Of a stretch of DNA of 64,000 nucleotides, positions 23,528 to 33,720 are shown piece by piece; within the stretch, counting starts at the first letter, position 1, and each line of letters opens with the position of its first letter. The stretch lies in assembly GCA_964016885.1 (NCBI GenBank), contig OZ024743.1:338334001-338398000 (forward strand). Reading direction: 5' to 3'. A model generated the notes under the pieces. It was not told where the DNA came from. It searched no databases and was given only the letters and a program-made list of their open reading frames with translations. This DNA is from Eledone cirrhosa (taxonomy: Eukaryota). The position numbers and the translations under genes are program-made.

Positions 23528-24068
23528 AACACACGCATAAACACACACATATACACACACACACACATGCTCTTTCTCTCTCTGTTTCAAAGTTCACTCA
23601 CTTGAAGGTGGATGTTGCAAATTCAGAAACACTTAGAAATTAAACATCTAGCTTGGCCTGAGGCCACATTGTTAAGACCACTGCAATAACCACAACAATA
23701 ACAACAACAATAATAACAACAATAACAACGATGATCATCATCACGGTAGTAGTTATGATGGTGATGATGATGATGATGATGATGATGTATACATCATCAA
23801 GAACAACCATAACAGAAAGAAATAATGAAAACAATGGTAACAATAACAGTAAAAACAAAGTACTGAATGTGTGTGTATATATATATATATGTGTGTATGT
23901 GTGTGTGTGTTTGTGTCTGTGTACACACACAGAAATGGCTTCTACAAGTGGCATGTATTTATATATATATATATACATCATCATCATCGTTTAACGTCTA
24001 TCTTCCACGCTAGCATGGGTTAGACTTACATACATATATACATATATGTATATTCATACATATATACC

Positions 24069-24100
<32 letters not shown>

Positions 24101-24101
24101 T

Positions 24102-24141
<40 letters not shown>

Positions 24142-24146
<5 letters not shown>

Positions 24147-24867
24147 GATCTTGGGTACACAAGAGATGTAGTGGCATAACAGGCAAACTAACAAGTAGGG
24201 AAAACTACGTATGCAGTAGATGTACCGGGAAATTTGACAGTAGAAGTCGCAATGATAGACACATTTTTCAAATGCAGGTAGGATCCGATACCTAGGTGAT
24301 CGGATTAGTAATGGAGGAGGGTGCTCCTAGAATAAGGACAGGTTGGAAGAAGTTTAAAGAGCTGCTTCCTCTGTTGACAAAGAAGAGTTTCTCCCTATGA
24401 ACGAAAGGCCGGTTATGTGATGCCTGTGTGAGATGCGCGATGCTGCATAGTAGTGACACATGGGCTGCAACTGTGGAGGATATGCAATGGCTGGAGAGAA
24501 ATGAAGCAAGTATGCTCTGCTGGATGTGCAATGTCAATGTGCGTGAACAACCAAGCATAGACGAGTTGAGAGAGAAACTGTGTATAAGAGGGATAGGATG
24601 GAGTGTGCGGCAGAGAAGACTGCGTTGGTATGGACATGTGATGCGCATGGAAGATGACTGCTGGGTAAAGAAGTGCCAAGAAATCCCAGTGGAAGGAAGA
24701 CGCAGCAGAGGAAGACCACGAAAAACATGGGCAGAGGTGGTGAGAGTTAACCTCAGATCACTGAGGAAATGACAAAAGACCGTGACGAATGGAGAGATGC
24801 TGTGCTGAATAGGAGCGTCCCACCCTTGCGAGCATGGAAAAGTGGATGAGAAATGATGATGATGATG
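24142..24867 (+). mobile_element. RTE LINE subfamily B 3' fragment
   Basis: [11 protein letters not shown]...CSRC, YLG, RLRWYGHV, (GAT)n tail; 5' end abuts (TA)n. Confidence 0.9.
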
Positions 24868-24923
24868 TTGTATATAAAAGGTAAACAGAAATAACAACAC
24901 AATCAGTATAGTATATGGAAGGA

Positions 24924-25902
24924 ATCATCATCATCATCATCACCGTTTTACGTCCGTTCTTCCACGCTAGCATGGGTTAGACGGGTTGTCCTGTTGTGGG
25001 CAGTGTCTGGTCGGCTGACCATGCCTTGCTTATACAGGAACTGATTTGGCTTGATTTCTACAGCTGGATGCCCTTCCTAACACCAACCTCATTTACAGTG
25101 AGTGCTGGGTGCTTTTTCGTGGCGCCTACACGTCCACTTTACAGTGTGGGCTGGGTGCTTTTCTGCCATGGCACCTCCACGGCCACCTGCAGTGGGAGGG
25201 TGTGGGGGCATATTGTCTATATACTTCAGCTTGTACCTATGGGAGCTCGAGTACTCTGTATAACTTCGTGACGCCAGAGGTCACGGTCGTGTGTCATCGC
25301 CTTTGAGAGGTGTAATTGGATAAGGTTGGCTTTTATCACCTCATCCCAGGTCATCTTGGGTCTCCCCACTCCGCGGTTTCCATCGACTTCTAGTGATCTG
25401 CACCTTTTTATGCAGCTGTCATCCTTCATACGCATCACATGTCCATACCAACGCAACCGCCTCTCCTGCACACAGCATTTGATTCCTCTTATGCTCAGTC
25501 TCTCTCTCAATTCATTTATGCTTTGTCGTTCGCGTATATTACTATTACACATCTATCGGAGCATGCAGGCTTCGTTTCTCTCTAATCTACGTAAGTCTTC
25601 CACCTTCAGCGCCCAGGTCTCACTACCATGTAACATTGCTGTTCGGATACAGGCATCATACAGTCTGCCTTTCATTTTGAGGGAGAAGCCTTTTGCAGCT
25701 AGCAGTGGTAGTAGTTCCCTGAACTTCTTCCATCCCGTTCTTACCCTTATTGTACTTTCTGAACACCCACCTCCGCTGCTAATTCGGTCACTTAGGTAGC
25801 AGAAGCTGTCTACTGTCTCTACAGAGCCCTCCCAGAGATTGGTGGTACTTTTTTCCTGTGGCTGTTTGCTGCTTGCTGTCCCAGTACAGCTGCTGCATGT
25901 GA
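24924..25902 (-). mobile_element. RTE LINE subfamily C 3' fragment, tail-to-tail with the previous copy
   Basis: ORF 25226-25552 ERRLRWYGHV; 3'UTR matches 9745-10041. Confidence 0.9.
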
Positions 25903-26423
25903 TGGTGGATGGTGGTGGTGGTGATGGTGGTGGCAGTTGATGTTGTGTTGTGATGTGTGCTTTTTTTTTGCTTTTTTTGTGTTTTTTATATATATATATA
26001 TATAAGCATATTGATTAAAAAAAAACCATCAGAGTTAGAATAGCTAGAATAACAATGAAACAACAATATTAGAACAATATACAATACAACAACAACAACA
26101 ACAATAAAGTCAATAACAATTAACAATAAATAACAGTAAAATAAAGGTAACAATGCCCCACATCCACCCTACATCACATCCCACATCATAACCCTATATC
26201 ACACCCATCACAACCCACATCACATCACACCCCTACTTCACACCCCACACCCCTACATCACACCCCCACACCCTACATCACACCCCACACACCCAACCCA
26301 TCACAGGGGAAAATAGCAACAGCAGAGTCAAAAAAGAAATAGAAAATCAACAACAATAACAATAACAACAATAACAATAACGACAACAACTACAACAACA
26401 ATAGAACAACAAGATATACTTAC

Positions 26424-26495
26424 TTTATCTCCAGATTTAATAGTTCTCTGAGGAATTTTGGCAATTGTCTTTTTAGCAGCATTTGCAAGTCTTTT
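26424..26495 (-). CDS. RNF150: Next exon (72 nt, phase 0 to 0) of the same gene: basic juxtamembrane linker before the RING-H2
   Basis: KRLANAAKKTIAKIPQRTIKSGDK resembles vertebrate RRLGDAAKKAIxKLxxRTxKKGDK. Acceptor ttctaccttccag|AAA, donor AAA|gtaagt. Phase joins in frame with the 45669 donor. Confidence 0.92.
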
Positions 26496-26969
26496 CTGGA
26501 AGGTAGAACAAATTAAAACCATTTAGATAACATGAAATGGTGGGGGACAGGTGTTGATGACTATTACTACAGGTGGTGGTGGTGGTGGTAAATGGGTAGT
26601 GGGGTGGTGGTCATGGCAGTGGTGGTGATGGTGAATGGATAATGGTGGTGGTGGATGGGTGGGTGGTGGTGGTAGTGGTGAATGGGTAGTGGTGGTGGTG
26701 GAGGTGGATGGGTGGTGGTGGCGGTAGATGGGTAGTGGTGGTGGTAGTGAATGGGTAGTGGTAACGAATGGGTAGTTGTAGCTGTGGTGCTGGTGGCGGT
26801 TGCGGTGGTGGTGGATGGGTAGTGGTGGTGGTAGTGGTAGCCATGGTGGTTGTGATTGTGGTGGATTGTTTTGTAGGTGAAGATAATAAGGAAAATTATG
26901 ATGATCACTATGACAATGATAATAATGACTGACTTGCCATAGAATTTTCCTTATACATAATACAAGGAA

Positions 26970-27155
26970 ATAATTGTTTCTACTTGTTGGCACAAAGCCA
27001 GCAATTACTCAGTGCATTACTGGTACTTTATTTTATCAAGGATGAAAGGCAAAGTTAACCTCGGCGGGATTTGAACTCAGACCCTAAAGGGACGTAACTC
27101 TTTGCTACAAAGCATAGCGTCAGACCCTCTACTGATACTGCCAATCCACCACCCT
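26970..27155 (-). mobile_element. tRNA-derived SINE (Meta-domain-like)
   Basis: ggatgaaaggcaaagttaacctcggcgggatttgaactcag...ctactgatactgccaatccacc. Confidence 0.8.
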
Positions 27156-27558
27156 AATACAAGGAAATAATGTTAGTAGCATAGAATAGTATAATATAGG
27201 ATAGTATAGAACAGTATAGTATAGTACAGTATAGTATAGTACAGTATAGTATAATATAGTATAGTACAAAACAAAGAGAGAAAAGAATAAAATATATGGT
27301 GAGACATTCACAGATTCCATAATGGAAGTAACTAATAGCAATGTAAGTAAAATGAAGTGATATATATGTATATATTTATTTAAAAAAAGGAAAAGAATGA
27401 CTTCACTTGTAGTTCTAAACAATTTAATTTAATTTTATAATATTATGATTTTACGATTTGGTTTTGTAGATCTAGTTAGTTCTTTGTTAACCTCGGTGGG
27501 GAGATTTTTAAAGATTCCTGGTTAGCTTTCCTGGAGAACTTGCTTGCATTTGTCAGTG

Positions 27559-27592
27559 GCGATTGTCAAACTGAGATCAGTTTGACAATCGC
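27559..27592. other. Perfect palindrome, 16-bp arms with a 2-nt spacer
   Basis: GCGATTGTCAAACTGA-ga-TCAGTTTGACAATCGC. Confidence 0.9.
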
Positions 27593-27823
27593 TTGAGAAG
27601 CAATGGGGTAAATAGTCTTGATAACGGCTAACGAGCGAGAAACAGGACTGTCGATTACTCCCCTTTGTTTTTGCAGCGAATAAGTAAGTGACATAGTCAC
27701 TACTTTAAAATTCATAGCGAATGATCTTCAAAATGTTTTTAATTAAACATACAGTATATTATCAAATATACAAATATACTAAACATACATTCATATATAC
27801 ATCGCTATTTCAGAGCAGCAATA

Positions 27824-27865
<42 letters not shown>

Positions 27866-27893
27866 CCTACACAAACACAATGTGTATATATAT

Positions 27894-28371
27894 ATCATCA
27901 TCATCATCATCATCAGCGTTTAACGTCCGTGTTCCACGCTTGCATGGGTTTGGACGGGGGTAGTCCCACTTGAGGCAAGAGTGATTGTCTTGCTCGCATA
28001 GGACTGTCTGGCAGGTTTTCTACAGTTGGATGCCCTTCCTAACACCAACCACATTTACAGTGTGGGTCTGGGAGGTTTTTACCGTGTTGCCTACACGGCC
28101 ACATTACAGCGTGGACTGTGTGTTTTTTTGTCGTGACACCTACACGATCTCATTTGTTTCGGCCTCGATGGCGCGGCACCAACATAACTTTACATAGAAC
28201 GGGGTGGTGTGGATCGGGTGGGGGTGGTGGGACGGGGTGTATTTGTTAGAGATGCCTACTGGCTGGAGTAGGTTTTACTATATATTTAGGTAAGGCGGGT
28301 CTTCTCTGTTACTGAGTACCGCCAAAGGTCTCGGTCCAGTGACATTGTCTTGGAGAGGTGTAAGTGTGTGA
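27894..28371 (-). mobile_element. RTE A' 3' end, fused head-to-head with the next copy
   Basis: (CAT)n, 3'UTR and last codons of the ORF; inverted repeat of about 30113-30605. Confidence 0.9.
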
Positions 28372-28373
28372 CC

Positions 28374-30572
28374 CAGGATTGCTAGGCAATGTGTCAAGGA
28401 AAACAGTGATATTGTCGGGGAGAAGTGTGTACTTAACGATGATGGCGTACTTGCCATCACCGACGCCGATAAGAAGGTAGCTTGGAAGTGTCACTATGAA
28501 AGGCTATCAATGAGGAGAATAAATGGGAGAAAGACAGTCTCCCCCACATCGACCCAATAGAGGGACCAGCAGTGTTAGTCGAGGGTAGTATAATAAGTAA
28601 GGCAATCAAAGATATGAAGACAGGCAAGGCGGCTGGGCCTTCGGAAATAGTTGCCGAGATGCTGAAGGCATCTGGTACGGTGGGACACACCATGGTCACC
28701 CGGATAGTCAACCAAGTCATACAGAATGGGGTTGTTCCGAAGGACTGGCGTAGCAGCATTATCGTTAACTGTTATAAGGGTAAAGGAGACGCCCTAGATA
28801 GGAGTAACTATAGAGGCATTAAATTAATCGACCAGGTCATGAAGGTCACAGAAAAAGTAATAGCGCAACTAATCAGAGAGCAAATTGATCTAGATGAAAT
28901 GCAGTTCGGGTTTGTGTCAGGAAAAAGTACCACAGACGCTCTTTTCATTGTACGACAACTACTTAGCTTTTGTTGACTTGGAGAAAGCCTTTGACAGAGT
29001 CCCCCGCTCCATTATCTGGTGGGCGCTTAGAAAACTAGGTGTTGATGAATGGCTTGTGAGAGCTATACAAGACATGTATAAAGAAACAGTCAGCAAGGTT
29101 AGAATTAACAACGAATATAGTGAAGAGTTTAGTGTAAAAGTTGGTGTTCATCAGGGCTCTGTTCTTAGCCCCCTACTATTTATTATTGCCCTCCAGGCTA
29201 TAACAGTGGTGTTCAAGACCGGCTGCCCATGGGAACTCCTATACGCAGATGATCTAACGCTCATAGCTGAATCAATGGCCGAGCTAGAGAAGAAATTCCA
29301 AACATGGAAGCACGGGCTAGAATCAAAAGGCCTTAAAATTAACCTGGCTAAGACTAAAGTTCTAGTTTGTAAGAAAGAAAATAAGGCGGTGGTCCCCTCC
29401 GGGAAGTGGCCATGCGCAGAGTGTAGGAAAGGCGTAGGTAGAAATTCCATTTTGTGTCCCAAATGCAAAGTTTGGGTTCATAAAAGATGTAGTGGGATCA
29501 CAGGTAAGCTAACTAAGAACATAGATTTTACATGTGGCCGGTGTTCTGGGGCAATAAGTAGCAGCAAGTGCCCACAAAATACTAGCTCTTTCAACTGCGC
29601 AGAGGGTTCTATAGAAATAGTGGACAGCTTCCGTTACCTGGGTGACAAAATCAGCAGTGGGGGAGGGTGCTCTGAAAGTACAGTAGCTAGAGTCAGAACT
29701 GGGTGGAAAAAGTTCAGAGAGCTTATACCACTATTAGCCGCTAAAGGGTTCTCCCTAAAAATGAAAGGCAGGTTGTACGATGCCTGCATACGAACAGCAA
29801 TGTTGCATGGCAGTGAGACCTGGGCATTGTGTGCAGAGGATATACGCAGACTAGAGAGAAACGAAGCTTGCATGCTCCGCTGGATGTGTAATAGTAATAT
29901 ACGTGAACGACAAAGCATAAACGAACTAAGGAAAAAATTAGAAATAAGAGGGATCAGATGTTGTTTACTCGAGAGAAGGCTACGTTGGTATGGTCACGTG
30001 ATGCGCATGAAGGATGATAGCTGTATAACAAAGTGCAGGGCAATAAAGATAGACGGTAGCCACGGAATAGGCAGACCCAGAAAAACCTGGGACGAGCTGA
30101 TAAAGTCCGACCTCACACACTTACACCTCTCCAAGACAATGTCACTGGACCGAGACCTTTGGCGGTACTCAGTAATAGAGAAGACCCGCCTTACCTAAAT
30201 ACAAAGTAAAACCTACTACAGTCAGTAGGCATCTCTAACAAAATACACCCTCGTCCCACCACCCCCACCCTATCCACACCGCCCCCCCCCTTCTATGTAA
30301 AGTTATGTTGGTGCCACACCATCCAGGCCGAAACAAATGAGATCGTGTAGGTGTCACGACAAAAAAACACACAGTCCACGCTGTAATATGGCCGTGTAGG
30401 CAACACGGTAAAAACCTCCCAGACCCACACTGTAAATGTGGTTGGTGTTAGGAAGGGCATCCAACTGTAGAAAACCTGCCAGACAGTCCTATGCGAGCAA
30501 GACAATCACTCTTGCCTCAAGTGGGAAAACCCCCGTCCAAACCCATGCAAGCGTGTAACACAGACGTTGAAC

Positions 30573-30605
<33 letters not shown>
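28374..30605 (+). mobile_element. RTE LINE subfamily A', 5'-truncated (RT, PHD, 3'UTR, (GAT)n)
   Basis: ORFs 28572-28976 and 28894-30198 carry the RT motifs and CAEC...CPKC...H..C...CGRC. Confidence 0.95.
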
Positions 30606-32159
30606 ACCTAAATCCTTTTCATACCCACCTCTTGTTCTTTCATACCAAACTACCTTCCATTGTAACTATATGTAAGAATCTTGTGACACAATGTTTAACA
30701 TATTCTCAGATAGACTGGCTGAATTGATCAGAGGTCTGTTAAATTTGAGCTAACCTAGGGCTAAATGTCAAAAAATATTTCCACCAATACTAGTACACCC
30801 ATCATCACAATCATCATTATCATCAACAAGACTACTACCACCATCACCACTAGAAACACCACCATCACCACCACCACAACAACATCAAAAACCACTAATA
30901 TCAAAACCATCGACACCACCACAACCACCACAATCACCAACACCACTGCAACTATTATCATCTTCATCTTTTAAAGGCCTCTTCTTCTATGCTGATATGG
31001 GTTGATTTAGCTAATTTTAACACAACACAATTGAGAGTAGTCAGCTAGTAGTCAGCTAGAAGATAGCAATAAATCTAGATATTTTAAAGAATAATTGTAA
31101 GAGTCTGTGAGGTGGTGTGGCTGTTGAAGTGAGTGTTGCTGGACATTGTCTGTGGTAATGTCTTTACCCTTTTGTCCATTAGGAGCAGCCAAAATGCTAC
31201 CCTTACCTATGTGTAGTCTGTCATCCTCTCCCCTTTCTCCTTTCTTTCTTCCTTTGTCTAGTAGTCCTTGCTCTTCCTCCCCCTTTCCTCTCATTTATGG
31301 CATTTATAGTTCTTTCCAATACTGCTTTCTTTTTCTAAGTTTAACCAATTTTGAAGTTAATCTAGTGTATTCTAGCTACATTCCCTTTTCTAGTATTTTT
31401 ATAATCTGATTTATAATAGGTACACTGCATCTCGGTATGTTGTAAAAAGTGGCTAGAAAGGTTGGTATCAAGAAGGGCATCCAACTGTAAAACATGTGAT
31501 GGCAGTGGTGGTGGTGGTGGTGGTAGTGGTGGTGATAGTGGTGGTAGTGATGATGGTGGTGATGATGATAGTGATGATGATGATGATGATGCTGATGGTG
31601 ATGGCAGAGGTGATGATAATGATGGTGGCAGAGATGATGATCATGGGTGGTGGTGGTGATGATGATGGTGATAATAATGATGATGATGATGATGATGATC
31701 GTGATAATAATGATGATGATGGTGGTGGTGATGGTGATGATGATGATGATGATGGTGATAATGATGATTATGACAGTGATGATGGTTGTGATGATGGTGA
31801 TAATGAGAGTGATAATGGTGAGAGTTGTGATGGTGATGATGAAAAAAGATGAAATAGGAACTTAGAAAATTAAAAGCTTAGTATTTGTTTTGTTGTAAGT
31901 AATATTTAGTGAAATATATTTATAATGGTTTATATTGAACAACAAAGCACTTATCTCCCTCCCTCCCAAGTTGAAATAAATAAAACCATAATATTCAATA
32001 TAATATATATTACAAATAATAAAACATCCGTTCCACTGAAAGCAGGGAAAAGCGGACATAAAATGATGATGATATATATATTGAAATGATGGAAGGATAT
32101 ATTTAATACTGATATATACTGGGAAATAAGACTAGGAAAACTATATTTTAAATGATATA

Positions 32160-32683
32160 TGTAAAGTGGTAGTGCTGGTGCAATGATAACAACCACCCAG
32201 TGCACTCTGGAAAGTGGTAGTGCTGGTGCAATAATAAAATGCACTCAGTTCATTCTGGAAAATGGTAGTGCTGCTGGCATAGTAACAAGCACCCAGTTCA
32301 CTCTGGAAAATGTTAGTGCTGCTGCCATGATAATATGCACCTAGTTCACACTGGAAAATGGTAGTGGTGGCGTCATGATAACAAGTACCCAGTCACTCTG
32401 GAAAATGGTAGTGCTGCTGCCATGATAACAAGCACCCAGTGCACTCTGAAAAGTGGCAGTATTAGTGTCATGATAATATGCACCCAGTACACCCTATAAA
32501 GAAGTTGTGCTGGTGCCATTATAAAATGCACCCAGTTCACTCTGGAAAATGGTAATGCTGGTGCCATGATAACAAGTACCCAGTGCCCTCTGTAAAGGGG
32601 TTGTGTTGGTGTCACAATAACATGCACTGAGTACATTCTGTAAGGGGGTTGTGCTGGTGCCACAATAAAACACACCCAAGTTC
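32160..32683 (+). repeat. 48-bp minisatellite related to the RTE 3'UTR module (~11 units)
   Basis: aaagtggtagtgctggtgc...cacccagtgcactctgg with 48-nt periodicity. Confidence 0.85.
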
Positions 32684-33179
32684 AAATATATATACTCAAT
32701 GTTTTGTAGAATTTGCTCATAATTAAACCTTTTATTAACCTATTTCTAATGAAAGACACTGAATATGATTTTTCAAATGATTTTGAAGATAATGAAGAAG
32801 ATAGTTATATTATTACTAAATCCATCTAACTTTCTCATTCATTTATCTAGTGTTTGAAGCATAGCTGAACGAAAATTCTTACATAAAATTATGATGGAAG
32901 ATTTTAAAATAAATATAAACATTTTAAAACAAACAGTTTTATATCATAGAAGTTAGATTGGTTGCAGGCAGTTTAGTATCAATAAGGTTAAATCTTTATA
33001 AACAAATTCTTTGACGACTTAACAAATAGGCATTTTATTGATTTCAATATATATTGTTATAAATATATCATTTTCTTTCTTTTTAATATATATAATTTTA
33101 AATATATTGTCTCCAATTATTTTGAATTGTGTGAGTGCGCATGTGCGAATATTTATTTCTTTTTTTTAATTTTTAATAT

Positions 33180-33374
33180 TTAACCCTTTATTTACTGATG
33201 TATATTCATAGTAAAGGCTTTATCTCACATAATCTCAAATCTACCGAGATTTTTATGAGGTTATTGATTATTTTGAGAAGGATATCTTAATGCCAGTAAA
33301 AGCAGCTGGTTACAGCCAGTTTGAAGAGAAAAGGGGAGAGGATTTTGGCTGGGTATGGCCAGTTTAAAGGTTAA
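33180..33374. mobile_element. Decayed TTAA MITE family 1
   Basis: ttaacccttt...aaggttaa with a body matching the other copies. Confidence 0.65.
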
Positions 33375-33688
33375 ATATATCTTATTAAATTATACAAAAT
33401 AAATATATAACACAAATCTTTCAATTTTCAGTTTCACTTTGTAACCCACGCCCTTTCCTTCCTTGCTTAATAGTCCTGGCTCTCTTCCTATAGCCCTTGA
33501 TCTTTCCTAATTTATGACATTTATAGTGCTTTCCTTTACTTTCCTATACAGCCAGATCTGCCCTTCTTTTACCCCTTCTCCCTTTTTTTTCACTACTTAA
33601 TTTTGTTTTTATCCTTTTTTTAATATTTCCCATCATTGTATAACTTTTGTTTGTAAAATATAGTTGACATAAAAATCTTTGTTAAAAC

Positions 33689-33689
<1 letters not shown>

Positions 33690-33720
<31 letters not shown>

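Noticed and set aside
31462-31865. Asp/Gly- or Met/Val-rich ORFs
   Set aside because: (GAT/GGT)n microsatellite.
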